64,000 bases of DNA from Octopus vulgaris (taxonomy: Eukaryota): contig OX597835.1 in the NCBI GenBank assembly GCA_951406725.2, positions 19,964,001 to 20,028,000 on the forward strand, written 5' to 3'. A program made the position numbers and the translations under genes. The notes beneath the pieces are model-generated. The model worked only from the letters and a program-made list of their open reading frames with translations. It searched no databases and had not been told where the DNA came from. Below, piece by piece: positions 14,745 to 28,628 of this stretch. Numbering within the stretch: position 1 is the stretch's first letter; the number at the start of each line of letters is the position of its first letter.

Positions 14745-15278
14745 TTACAAATAAAGTTAATAAGATAAATGCAAAAAAAATAAATTAAACAATCAACATC
14801 AAAACAAACGGTAAACATAAACATACAGAGCCGAAAAGAGGTAGCGGTGGTGGTGATATGTGGTGGGATAACGAAAATCAGGAGTGACTGAGAACTGAGT
14901 ACTTAATGAACTGTGTATCTGTCAGCGGTTTGTCAGTTTTGTAGTCGCCATTTTAATAGAACAAGAGAAAGGAAATTGAAGTTTCGAGGACAGTTTGTGG
15001 TCACAGCTGTCATGAATATGAGCGCCTGTGAAACTGTGTGTGTGTGTACACACGTATGCATAAGGAGAGTGTGTGAGCCTCTATGTGTGTGTGTGTATGT
15101 TTTTTTGTGTGTGTTTATGTAAGTTTGATTATCTGTCTATAATGCAGTAACAAGAAAAATGACAACGATGATTATTCGAGACATGTTGAACAACCTTACG
15201 TTCATATGTAGAAAATGTCTAACACATGAATGCCAGTCCTGAAGTGTAAATTAGTTTTCTTATCTCGAGCTAAATACT

Positions 15279-15810
<532 letters not shown>

Positions 15811-15811
15811 T

Positions 15812-16206
15812 TCTTTAATTCTGCGACTTGTTTCAGTCATCTGACAGCGGCCATGCTGGAGTAGCACCTTTAGTCGGGCAATTCGTCCCCACGACTTATT
15901 CTTTGAAAGCCTTGTGCTTATTCTCTTTTGCCAGACCGCTAAGTTACGGGGACAAATACAGGCACACAAACACACACACACCCAGAAGGCATATATACGT
16001 ATATATACATTATATTATATTATATCATATTATATATATATATATATACACGACGGGTTTCTTTCAGCTTCCGTCTACCAAATCCACTCGCAAGGCTTTG
16101 GTCAGCTCGAGGCTATATAAAAGACATTTGCCCATGGTGCCATGCAGTATGACTGAACCCAGAACCATGTGGCTGGTAAGCAACCTACTTACCACACAGC
16201 CACTCC
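15812..16206 (-). mobile_element. SINE family C (tRNA head, CORE-like segment, internal microsatellite)
   Basis: Reverse complement of GGAGTGGCTGTGTGGTAAG...GGGCAAATGTC...(TA/TG)n...ATGACTGAAACAAGT. Confidence 0.85.
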
Positions 16207-16260
16207 AATGATGATGGTGATGATGACGACAACGACGATGACGACGACGACGACGACGAC

Positions 16261-16328
<68 letters not shown>

Positions 16329-16335
16329 CGATGAT

Positions 16336-16626
16336 GTTACCCTCCGAGGCACAAGTCAAAGCAATGTTGTTTGTGGCAGACCAGCAGTCATCCATGCATA
16401 CTGGCCTCCCTGCTCCACGACACCAATGTTATCCAAGGGAAAAGCAAAGGGGCTGATACAGCTTGGCACCTGTGACTTCGCAACTCATTTCTACAGCTGA
16501 GTGAACTGGAGCAACGGGAAATAAAGTGTCTTGCTCAAGAATACAACATGCAGCCCGGTCCGGGATTCGAACTCACAACCTCGCGATCGTAAGCTCGAAG
16601 CTCTAACCACTGAGCCATGCGCCTTC
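16336..16626 (-). mobile_element. tRNA-derived SINE, family D
   Basis: Minus-strand head GAAGGCGCATGGCTCAGTGGTTAGAGC...GAGTTCGAATCCCGG then TTCTTGAGCAAGACACTTT; further copies at 34925-35568 and 40750-41060. Confidence 0.85.
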
Positions 16627-17465
16627 AAATATACATATATGCACATATATATACATGTGTGTATGTGTGTCTATGTGTATGTATGTATGCAAACCTCAAA
16701 TGGGAGTAATATGGCCAAATATTTTTTTTCTTTCTCATGGAATCAAGCGTTTCTTATAGATGTTTTCGTTTTTGCTGCAGAGTAATAACACTTAACGTAT
16801 TAATTCCCTGTTATATAATGACGTCGCTTAATCAACGGACACCTTTTAAACACAAGAACTATAAAAGCGAATGGAATAACAACATCACCGAAAAACAGTA
16901 GCAAATAAAAGCGGCAACAACGAAAATCACAGTATTGACGAAGAAAGCGGGAACGGAAATGAAGCGGTTAAAAAATACAAATTCAGCATTATTTCTTCAT
17001 TCTAAACCAGAGAAAAAGTCAAACGACATTAAAGAAAACTGCAAAAGAAAACAAACAAGCAACACAAATTGTACTCTTCGCCATAACAGAATATTTCGCC
17101 ATTTTTTTTCTTTTTTTCACTTGACATATTACCACCACCGACGTCTCCATCATCGACGTCTTTAGAAACTGGCGTAAAGACCATCCGCACGAACATCACC
17201 ACCGACAACTACACTAACAACAAAAACAATTACCACGGGAAAAAACAACAACAACAACAACAACAATAACAGTAGCAGCAACAACAACAACAATAGCGGC
17301 AGCAGCAGCACTAGCGAAAAATGACAACATCAGCACTAACAAAAATTAATAGTAAAAACAACATTGACAACAACTACAGCAGAAACAATAACAACAACAG
17401 CGACATCAACAACAACGACAATAATAAAAATGGCATTAATGACCAGATGATCACTATGATGACTA

Positions 17466-17467
17466 TG

Positions 17468-17514
<47 letters not shown>

Positions 17515-17591
17515 GGTGGTGATGATGATGATGAGGAGGAGGATGATGATGATGAGGAGGAGGAGGATGATGATGATGCGACGATGATGAC

Positions 17592-17637
<46 letters not shown>

Positions 17638-17840
17638 TTGATGATGATGATGGTGGTGGTGGTGATGATGGTGGTGGTGGTGGTGGTGGTGGTGGTGGTG
17701 GTGATGGTGGTGATGGTGGTGGTGGTGGTGGTGGTGGTGGCGGCGGTGGTGGTGATGATGATGGTGATGATGATGATAATGATGATGATTATGATTATGA
17801 TGATGATGGCGACGATGATGACGATGATGATGATGATGAT
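17466..17840 (+). repeat. (GAT)n/(GGT)n/(GAG)n compound microsatellite
   Basis: Direct reading. Confidence 0.95.
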
Positions 17841-19032
17841 CTTGACACTTACGAAGAGTATTTTAAGAAGGGGAATGGTCGGTATTATTAACATCAGTTC
17901 TTACACTCGTGCACAATTTCGACCCCGTAAAAATAAAGGGCAAAATTGATCTGGGATTCTCATACCATTGGTATCAATAGACTCTATGGTGTGTCCCATG
18001 AGGTGGAGTTTATCAGTGTTGGATATACCTGGGCGGATAGCCCTTATACCAATTGATAAAGTCTCTATCAAGATTTTTGCTTAATCACTGGTTTTCTATC
18101 GAGTTTGCAAGACTTCCCAAGAATTTTAACTTTCATCTGAGTAACAAGAAATATTATCATCTCAAATCTATCGTTTGCTGCTATTATTTCTTCGTTTATA
18201 GAAGTGGAATATTCTGATTAGCAACGGTAGTAATTTTTCGCGAATTTAGTGGATAGTGCCACGTCAATTTCATCATCGTTTTTTTTTTTGTTTGCATATC
18301 ACTTGCTTCATAGAATTAAAGACCTGTCTTATTGTTTGTGTAGAAGGTCAGTTTTATGAAATGCACGTACCACATGGCCTCTTTCGCCATAAGAAGATAG
18401 GAAAGCTGTATTCTAGGCCAAAGGGTGTCGGTAGGGCGTTGATTACGATATACACAGCCACACAGTACTAAGTAGGCCAGGAATTTGTAGAAGACAAATG
18501 GAAAGTTTTCTGAACGAGGATGACTGTACATTTTTCATCACGCGAAGGAAATACTGCTCAGCATTTCACCTGGCATGCTAATGATTCTGACAGCTCCCTG
18601 TCTTAATAATAATAAGCATCGGGCAGTGGCTCTGATTGCTTCTGCTCTAACTGAAGATAACTGTCGAAGCGCTCAGAATGTCAAAGTGTTAGTTGAAACT
18701 TTATTCAAATTCGTACGCAACACGTATTGAGAAGAGGTTTGTCGCTGACAGAACGATCAACATCCTTGTAAATAACACCATTTTATATAATTTTTTTATT
18801 TTATTTTGTAAATGAACGCTACGCTGAGGTATCCTTTTTTTAATGGACTATCAATATTTACAATTAGAAACTTTTTTCATCAAAATCAAGAGGATATTCT
18901 GAAAGAAATAAAAAAAAAATTGATGAAGAAGAAAACAAATAACAACAACAAGAACAACAATAATAATAGTTACAATAACAACAACAGCAGCAGCAGCAAC
19001 AACAACGACAACAACAACAATAATAATAATAA

Positions 19033-19530
19033 CTGATTGGAAGTGTTATTATGTACATTGTTTTGTCTTGCTCTAAAAGACGGCCTACTGCTCAATAACA
19101 CAGATTTGCTTGTCAGTTGTCTGACCTTCATTTGTTGAGTACGTCTCTTAGTGGCTGCTGATATGTGCATCTCTGATCCCAAGCAGAATTTGTGGGGGAG
19201 CACCATAGTCATGTGTTCAGAGGAATTCTTTTGGGGGTTTGGATAAACCACTTTTGGAAATATGGGTGTTTCGTTCAACATACTTAAATAACCCATATTC
19301 AGGGACCGTCTGAGGGTGATGGGCTATTCTACATGAAGAAAATTGTAACAGGGTCCCACCTGGAAGGCTATGCACTGTTTATCTTGATATGCAATCAACA
19401 TGTCTTGCACATATGGTTGTGATGCATGTGCCTGGTGTACCCTTATCAAACGGGTAGTCATGATCGGTATACTGGGTTTCGTATATTTTACCCCAGTGTC
19501 ACTTTGATTGCATGCACTGTTCTCTCACTC
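19033..19530 (+). mobile_element. ~500 bp non-coding insert between AAT-type arrays; probable 3' part or non-autonomous derivative of a TAA-targeting retroelement
   Basis: Complex, relatively GC-rich sequence with sharp boundaries between AAT/AAC repeats (to 19032) and (AAT)n (from 19532); no convincing ORF. Confidence 0.5.
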
Positions 19531-19531
19531 A

Positions 19532-19616
<85 letters not shown>

Positions 19617-19647
19617 TATTAATAATAATAATAATAATAATGATAAC

Positions 19648-19712
<65 letters not shown>

Positions 19713-19729
19713 TGATGATAATAATAATA

Positions 19730-19781
<52 letters not shown>

Positions 19782-19795
19782 TGATGATAATAATG

Positions 19796-19832
<37 letters not shown>
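19532..19832 (+). repeat. (AAT)n microsatellite
   Basis: Direct reading. Confidence 0.95.
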
Positions 19833-19833
<1 letters not shown>

Positions 19834-20611
19834 GGAAGTATATATTAAAGAGGAAGCGAAGCTCAAGGAGATGCGGACCAAATGTACGAGAAAAATATGC
19901 GGGGAATCGCATTCTTGTAGATGAAATTAAAACTCAGACAGACTGGTATGAAGCGTAAAAATAAAAAGATATATTACAAGAAAGATTAGATGGAAAAGAC
20001 GAAAATAATGACGAAGATGAGGAGAGGAGGGACATTGGGGAAGAAACCATTGGGGGAGAGGAAGGGAAAAAATACAATCGATAAATATATTTGCAAGATG
20101 GGGATGTTGAGGCGAACGTGATATTTTCTAGCTCATTTAAACGCTTTAAGCTGCTACAGAACTATTAAGAGAGTGACAAAGCCCTTTGACGTGTGTGTGT
20201 GTATAAGTTATTTCTTGTAATATTTTTTGTAGTATTTTATTAATAAACTCAGCCAAACAAAAAAAAAAGGAACAACAATAATCATGTTCTCAAACATTGG
20301 AACATACAGTAAAACAGCAGCAAGAAGGAAATAATTAACAATGTAAGACGGAGGAACGAAGATATAAAACCAAATCTATTTCGTGGAAATCACGAAATGG
20401 CATGATTATGTATGTGTGTGTCAGTGTATCCATGTACATGTATCAACACATATTCATACTTGTATACATACATATACATACATTTCATTACGCACATATG
20501 CGTACGTATATATATATGGACATACACATATAAATATATATACAAGATATATATATATATCTACACACACATACATATACATAAACTTATACACACATAT
20601 ATACATAGACT

Positions 20612-20683
<72 letters not shown>

Positions 20684-21539
20684 CATGTATTTAAGCGTAT
20701 ATATATTATTTTATACACGCACGCTGACACCAACATACACACTCACGCACACACAAACAAACACACATTTTTTATACATACACATTACTTTATATATCAT
20801 TAACAAAAAAACCACTAACGAGTGGATGTGAAAGAAAAAAAAATAACACAAAATAAATAAAATTTAGTTTTGCGACTAATGGTTTGTTTCTGTTCGCCAC
20901 TTGGGAAACTAATCAATGCGATTTCACTAATTAGTGTTGGCTCAAGAAGCACGGTTCGTCCGATTGCTCTCATTCGCTCTGTCAAGCAATATCCACCATG
21001 ATGCTTCTTTCTTCTCTTTTTTTGTTTTTTTTTCTTTTTCCCTGTTACATTTGTAACTTTTGTAAAAATTGAGCTATGTCTTTGGTTTCTCTTAATGATG
21101 CTGGTTATTGTTATTGGCGTCGAAACAAACTATTGTTCTTATTGCTATTTAAACTGTCTTAATAATAATAATAATATTTGTTATTGTTGTTGTTGTTGTT
21201 GTTGTTGTTATTATTATTATTAGTATTATTAATGTTGTTTGGTATCGGAAATATGAAAAACATTTTCGATTTTGTTTAATTTTTGCATAGCATCTTTTTT
21301 TTGTCTTATTTTATAATGAAACAATCGATACACTTGACAGAATTGTAGAACTGGTAAAAATAACAAGAATACAAGTTATAATGATGGAGGCAAAAGTTGT
21401 TTTATACGCCGCCATGTATTTACCGTTGCCATTTTGATTATTATCGTTTTTTGTCCTTCTTTCCATTTTTTTAAAAATATTTCTCCTGTATTCCATGAAG
21501 TATTTTACCTCTCAATTTACTGATACATTTTTCTTTCTG

Positions 21540-21616
<77 letters not shown>

Positions 21617-22792
21617 TCACCGATCGACGAATACACACACACAGAAAACACTCAAACCATTGCATCTTTGTATTATTTGATTTGCTTCGGTTAGTAGACT
21701 GTTACCATGCCAATGCCCCGATTTTAAGGGCCACAATACATCACATTGATTCTAGTACTTATTGGAGATAGTTATATATCTTATATCGATCTCCTTTGAA
21801 TAACGTTTCGTTAAACCAGAATACGGATACATGCGCAAACACTCACAAATAATCCCTGGGTATATACTATATGCTTACACACTTAACCATGCTACCGTTA
21901 ATATATATATTTATAGGGAATATATATTTATTATCATGTTGAACAGAATATCTTATTGTTTTTATTTTTACGTTCTTATTTCAACTTCAGCGTTACGTTT
22001 TGTCCTCTTGAGGTAGACATCTTAATAACATTACGAGATTAAGAGGGTGAAATTCTTTGAGCGTCTGATTGAGCATAATGCTACACTTTGCGTTCTATTT
22101 GTGAAGCGAGGCGACAATAGCTATGACCTGCACAGGAGATTGGTGCATGTTCACTCTTTCGTAATCTACGCACGTGCAAAAACAGGGATGAAGAACACAC
22201 GGAGATGCAGTCTTTTCGTTTCAAAATGTCACATGACACGAAAACATCTCAAACCGAATAATATGACAAAAAAGACATACGAGGGGAACGTATGTGATCA
22301 ATCAGGAGATCATTTTGGATTTTAAAGAAGAAATAGATCACTCTTGTTGTGCTCGTAGCTCAGATTTAATTATGTTATTTTCTTTAGTTGTTTGACATAT
22401 ATATGTGCGCGTATGTGCATATATATAGTGCTTTCAAATCCAAATTATGAAATGTTGAGCTGACGAAAGAAATGTCGAGTTTTAATTCGACTAATCTAGA
22501 AACGTGAGCGTTCTCAAATAATCTTTGTACATGTGATATTTTGGTGTTTTCCTACGTGAATTATTTTTGAGTAAACACTATCTGGAAGACTCTTCTTAAA
22601 GTAGTAGAAATGGCTAAAAAAACTTTTTGGCTGCTATTTCTAAAACTTTCAGTATGTGGCAAAGTAAATTATTTTACTGAGCCCTAATTATATAACGTAA
22701 TATTTTGAATACGCCTTGAATGGTCCTTTTACATACTGAACACTACTTGGTGAAATTAATTAATAATTAATTGATTTTACCCTTAATCATTG

Positions 22793-22829
<37 letters not shown>

Positions 22830-22835
22830 AGCGAG

Positions 22836-22879
<44 letters not shown>

Positions 22880-23094
22880 TGTGTGTTTGTGCGTATTTAT
22901 ATATATGCGTATATAGATATGCACGTTTATGTATATGTATATATCAATCTCTCTGATATATATACAATGTACTTGCATAGCGAGTGATTTGAGATTGTGC
23001 GCTGGAACGAAAACAATTGCAGCCTGGAAGGTGTTTATAAGCCATTTAAGAAACACACAAAAACTGTTAGATTCACTTCAACATTTAAATTTAA

Positions 23095-23145
23095 TTTGTC
23101 AAAATATTTTCGTCGCTTTGAGACCGCGACCTGTTCACTAACAAA
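23095..23145 (-). ncRNA. hammerhead-shaped fold with non-canonical core
   Basis: Minus strand TTTGTTA-GTGAACAG-GTCGC(ggtctcaaa)GCGAC-GAAA-ATAT-TT-TGACAAA: stems I and II and palindromic stem III as in minimal type I hammerheads, but CTGANGA is replaced. Confidence 0.4.
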
Positions 23146-23147
23146 AC

Positions 23148-23459
<312 letters not shown>

Positions 23460-23539
23460 AACAAAAATCAGTCGCTGCTGAATTATTTGATTATTAACAT
23501 GTGCTGAGATAAACGAATGCGATTTTTGAATTGTGATTT

Positions 23540-23790
23540 GTGTACAAGTGTGGAAATGTGTACATCCACTGCGGAAGCATCGTGTTTCTGATGTACGTGG
23601 GTCTGTTTATGATTATAATTAGGTTGTGAAGAAAACAGATTTTCTCCGTCATTCCAAAGTCAGATGATCCATAGCTGAACTTATTCATGAATCTTTTCGC
23701 TTATTTCCTCGCTTTCAATGCCATTAGGCATCTTCTTTTAGCATGTGGTTTGGCCTGTTGTAAGATTCGCTTCTGCCCTTAACTTGGTTT
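23540..23790 (-). pseudogene. possible decayed Tc1/mariner-superfamily transposase fragment
   Basis: Minus-strand LWNDGENLFSSQPNYNHKQ loosely resembles the first catalytic xxDEKxF...N.QN segment; heavily degenerate. Confidence 0.3.
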
Positions 23791-23815
23791 AATAAATGTA
23801 CTTATATATGATATA

Positions 23816-23865
<50 letters not shown>

Positions 23866-24099
23866 GCATGTGTGTATTTATACATACACACACACACACA
23901 CACAATGCACACATCTAACACATCTAGATATGTATCTGTCACCTCTCATAAGCTCGTACTCCTAGCGTTCATAATAATTTTTCTATCGCCTTGGCTTAAA
24001 AGCCCTCACCGTTTGTTTTTATTGTTTTGTTCTCAGTGTTCTGTTCTTGTTACCACTTTCACCCTCCGCAAAAAATGTTATTTAATTTGCTTTGCGGGA

Positions 24100-24414
24100 A
24101 GGGCTGTTTCAACGAAGCCGCGTATTGTCATTGCCTTCGTAGCGCGAAGTAGATGAAACAGGGACAGCTGATGAAGGCGAATTTTCTTTATGTTGCATGT
24201 TACCTTTGATTGTTTGTTTTTTTTCGTTGCTCGTAAAAAAGTTCGTTTTCTATGTTTTTGTTTTTATGATTTCGTTTGTCATTATGTTCAACGTTTTTTT
24301 GTCCTGTACCTATATATGCATGTATATATACATATAAATGTAGGTATGTACATATAAGTATGTATACATGCATATATTCATATATTATTTATATTATTAC
24401 ATACATACACACAT

Positions 24415-24455
<41 letters not shown>

Positions 24456-24715
24456 TAATAAATAAAATCATATGCATATATATATATATATATGTACGTA
24501 CCAACCTCTACATGTATATATACACGCATATATGAGTACAGGACACCAAAAAAACAATGAGAAACGAAAACATAGACACAAACCCAAGGAACTGGACATT
24601 TTTCTTAAACAACAAAAAAATAGAGTACAGGACAAAGAACACAAGGAAAAAACCCCTTCTTCAGTCGCCATGGTTTCATCTACTCTACGTTTCGAAGGTG
24701 AAGGCGATCAACGCT
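24100..24715. repeat. two diverged copies of one ~230 bp repeat in inverted orientation around a TA tract
   Basis: Plus strand GTAGATGAAAC...CTGATGAAGG...TGTCCTGTACCTATATATGCATGTATATATACAT versus minus strand GTAGATGAAAC...CTGAAGAAGG...TGTCCTGTACTCATATATGCGTGTATATATACAT. Confidence 0.7.
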
Positions 24716-25039
24716 CACTCATACACATACATGCATGTATGTATGCATGCATGTATGTATGCATGCATGTATGTATGCATGCATGTATGTATGCATGCAT
24801 GTATGCGTATGCATATATAGGTTGATAAATTTAGAAACTGATTTGACTCGGAAATATTCTTAACGGTTGCTGTGAGAATTGTTATACAAGTAAACATGCT
24901 TTATTTGCTTTCAGCGTGAAAATGCCCTATACTATTTCGCGATATTGAGATATAGTAATGATGGCTAGTTCTAACCTATTTCCTCTACTTCATTTTATGC
25001 TCTTCATATCAATATTGAATAACACGTCGTGTAAATCTA

Positions 25040-25750
25040 CTAGTTACGTCTTGATATTTTTTGCTTCCAACAAGGTAGAATGCTTGTATTTTTAGTAAAT
25101 ACATGATCAGCCAAAAAACTGTGATAATTCTCGGCGTAAGCTCTACCATGTGGAACAGCTAATGGGGAAAGATAAAGCTGTTTTATGCCAAAGCAAATTT
25201 TCCATAATTCATTGAACGGCCAAACTGCCAGTGTTGAAGTCTCTTGGGGTAATAAATACACGACGAAGTGGAAAAACTCTGAATAATTATTTAGAGAAGA
25301 TGGCACTCTTCCAGTGTTCCATTGAGCCAATGAACACTTCTCATAGAGTAGATGCTAATTTTCTGCTTATCAATGATTAGGAGAACTAAAAAATTGGTTT
25401 TGCAAATGCAACTAAGCGTCTAAACCCTTAGAAATCATAACAAAAGCTTTGTTGATATAGGGTACGACGAGTAATATCTTATCTCTATTGTCACTCTGTG
25501 ACAATAAATTTTGATATACTGTGGAATTTCTCCGTGAGCTTCGAGTTTGTTTCTCAATTAAACGTGCTAGGGTAAGTTTCCACCTTGACACTGGTGTTCC
25601 AACATTTTATTAGTTACTGTATTTTTCGATACTTGAAACATTCCAGCAGTTTCTGTGACTAACGCACCAGTCATCTGCGCTCTAACAGTTTATCCTCTTA
25701 CAAAATCGATAAGTCACGCATTCTGACTTATTTGACTGTAAACATCTGCA
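25040..25750 (-). mobile_element. decayed Tc1-like transposase
   Basis: Minus strand MRDLS/DFVRG*TVRAQMTGALVTETAGMFQVSKNTVT (Tc1 N-terminal HTH) and LSPLAVPHGRAYAENYHSFLADHV (Tc1 GPL..L.G...A..Y..IL.DHV-type segment). Confidence 0.65.
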
Positions 25751-25999
25751 AAATAAAAATGAAAACAACTGCATATGAATAGACATATAGAGACTAGAAT
25801 CAATCTGAATTTGTCATACGGTCAATAAAATTACAGTATGCGCACACGCGCGTGTGTGTCTGCAGAGAGAGGTTGATAAATAGATGAATAGTTAGATAGA
25901 TACATAGATAGACAGAAAGATAGATAGATGAGTAGAGAGAAAGGCGGAGAGACAGATAGATATATACATAGACAGACAGACAGGCAGACAGACAGACAG

Positions 26000-26043
26000 A
26001 GAGACAGACAGATAGATAGATAGATAGATAGATAAATAGATAC

Positions 26044-26075
<32 letters not shown>

Positions 26076-26109
26076 TTAGATAGATAGATAGATAGATAGA
26101 TAGACAGAT

Positions 26110-26186
<77 letters not shown>
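26000..26186 (+). repeat. (GATA)n microsatellite
   Basis: Direct reading. Confidence 0.95.
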
Positions 26187-26187
<1 letters not shown>

Positions 26188-26239
26188 GTTATGTATGTAT
26201 GTACGTATGTATATATATATGTGTATGTATGTGTATATG

Positions 26240-26850
26240 TGTGTGTCTGTGTTTGTCCACCCAACATCGCTTGATATCTGGTGCTGGTGAGTTTAAGTCC
26301 TCGTAACTTAGCAGTTCGGCAAAAAGAGACAGATAGAATAAGTACTAAGCTGACAATGAAAAAATCTTCGGGTTGATTTGCTCGACTAAAGGCAGTGCTC
26401 CAACATGGCTACAGTCAAATGTCTGAAACAAGTGGAAGCACTCCGTCGGTTACGACGATGAGGGTTCCAGTTGATCCGAATCAACGGAAGAGCCTGCTCG
26501 TGAAATTAACGTGTAAGTGGCTGAGCACTCCACAGACACGTGCACCCTTAACGTAGTTCTCGGGGAGATTCAGCGTGACACAGAGAGTGACAAGGCTGGC
26601 CCCTTGAAATACAGGTACAACAGAAACAGGAAGTAAGAGTGAGAGAAAGAGTGGTGAAAGAGTACAGCAGGGATCACCACCATTCCCTGCCGGAGCCTCG
26701 TGGAGCTTTTAGGTGTTTTCGCTCAATAAACACTCACAACGTTCGGTCTGGGAATCGAAACCGCGATCCTACGACCGCGAGTCCACTGCCATAACCACTG
26801 GGCCATTGCACCTCCACTCTGAAACAAGTAAAAGAGTAAAGACTAAAGAG
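26240..26850 (+). mobile_element. 3' half of SINE family C, interrupted by a SINE B insertion
   Basis: GTGTTTGTCCACCCAACATCGCTTGA...CAGTCAAATGTCTGAAACAAGT resumes as CTGAAACAAGTAAAAGAGTAAA after the insertion. Confidence 0.85.
26434..26817 (-). mobile_element. SINE family B nested in SINE C, with 12-bp TSD
   Basis: TSD TCTGAAACAAGT at 26422-26433 and 26818-26829. Confidence 0.92.
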
Positions 26851-27321
26851 TGGTTGTTCGAAGTTTTTAATGAGAGGGAACGAAGTACGAGAACTTCAAG
26901 AGACATCTTAGAAATAATGAACCAATAGAAGACGAAGGAATGTTTTATTTACGCGTGTGATTTGTAGGAGGAAATGCATGAGTTATGCAAATCTGGCCAG
27001 CCGTTAAAGGAGCCAAAGACATCAGTCTCTTGTAAATTGTTATAGGGCTATTGTTCGCGACCGAACATGTGCAACATGCAGAATAGTGTGCTGTTCAGTT
27101 GGAGGATTAAAAGGATGGGAAAAGACTTCATATTTTGGAACGTTTCTTCTGCCAGTATGCAGAAGTCTGCATTGAGCAGTAATTTGTGCAAATACGTGGC
27201 AGAGCTCAAGAGTTACATAAGAGCTTCACATTGCGTTATCAATGACTCTTTTCATTGATTATTTCTAGCAGTGGCTTTGTCCGTATAAAAGAATGCTGCC
27301 ACTTTACAATATTATACTATT

Positions 27322-27355
<34 letters not shown>

Positions 27356-27509
27356 GTGTGTGTGTGTGTTTGCATAGAACAATGTATATGATTAGTGTAA
27401 GTATTTATGTGTAAGTATGTGTGTGTGTCTGCATATGAAAGTGATGCCGCGAGCATAGGCACATACACATAATACACATACACGTATATAGCAGATTAAA
27501 AGATTCGGT

Positions 27510-27679
27510 TTCTTCTTCTTCTTCTTCTTCTTCTTCTTCCACCACTCCTTCTTCTTCTTCTTCTTCTTCTTCTTCTTCTTCTTCTCTTCCTCCTTTTTCC
27601 ATTTCTACTTCTTCGTCTCCTTCTTCTTTCTACTTCGTCTACGTTTTGCTTTTATTTCCCAATTCTTCTTCTTCTTCTT

Positions 27680-27712
<33 letters not shown>

Positions 27713-27909
27713 CTTCTTCTTCTTACTCTTCTTCTTTTTCTTCTTCTTCTTCTTCCACCACTCCTTCTTCTTCTCTCCACCTCCTCCTCCTCCTCCTCCT
27801 TCTTCCATTTCTACTTCTTCGTCTCCTTTCTTCTTTGTCTACGTTTTGCTTCTATTTCCCAATTCTTCTCCTTCTTCTTCTTCTTCTCCTCCTCCTCCTC
27901 CTCCTTCTT

Positions 27910-27975
<66 letters not shown>
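27510..27975 (+). repeat. (CTT)n/(CCT)n/(TTA)n compound repeat containing a duplicated unique module
   Basis: TTCCACCACTCC...TTCCATTTCTACTTCTTCGTCTCC...GTCTACGTTTTGCTT.TATTTCCCAATTC occurs twice. Confidence 0.85.
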
Positions 27976-27976
<1 letters not shown>

Positions 27977-28184
27977 GTCTTCTTCTTCGCCTTCTACATA
28001 TTCTTCGTGTAGTCTTTCTCCACCTGATTATTTTCATACTCTATTCCCTTCGCCGGTTTAAATACTATGGTTCCATTCAACTTCTCTCTTTTATTCTACC
28101 CTGTTTTTCTACAAGTCCACCGCAATCCGTTTTTTTCTGCGTGCTAACGATTCAGCCAATTCGCGAGTCTACACAAATGCTTAC

Positions 28185-28590
28185 GTTGGTTTCAAAGTTT
28201 AGCACAACGCTATGCATTTCGGGTGTGGTGTGGCTACAAGTAGATTACATCGATTCCAGGGCGCGACTGGTACATAGTTTATCAACCATGGACGGATGAA
28301 AAGCAAAAGCTACCTCGGCGGATTTTGAATTCAGAATGCAAAGATGGACGAAATGCCACTAAACAATAGCTCGTGCGTATTGACGATTCTGCGAGATCTC
28401 AGCTCTCAATAGTAATAATGGTTTCAAATTTTAGCACAAGACGTGGTGTTTTGGGGAGGTTCTAAGCTGACTACTTCGACGCATTCTTACTTTATAAACC
28501 GATGAAATGATTAAAGGCAAAATGCACCTCGGATGAATTTGAACTCACATTGTAAAGACGTAGGAAATGCAATTAAGCATTTTGTCCTGA
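28185..28590 (-). mobile_element. two decayed old-subfamily SINE A copies
   Basis: Each runs GGTTTCAAA..TTTAGCACAA...AAAGGCAAAA...CCTCGG...TTTGAA.TCA. Confidence 0.65.
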
Positions 28591-28628
28591 TCGCTGCATT
28601 ACGTTTATATTTATATGGCTATGTGCTA

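Noticed and set aside
18340-18470. MHVPHGLFRHKKIGKLYSRPKGVGRAL resembling the Dong RLYLPRKEGGRGL motif
   Set aside because: Similarity is too short and degenerate to call without an alignment
18650-18680. CTGAAGA...GAAGCGCTC hammerhead-like string
   Set aside because: GAAA is altered and there is no stem II or adjacent stem I
26940-27250. Possible mariner N-terminal remnants here and at ~50400-50600 and ~51300-51650
   Set aside because: Only vague motif echoes with many stops; not supportable by eye
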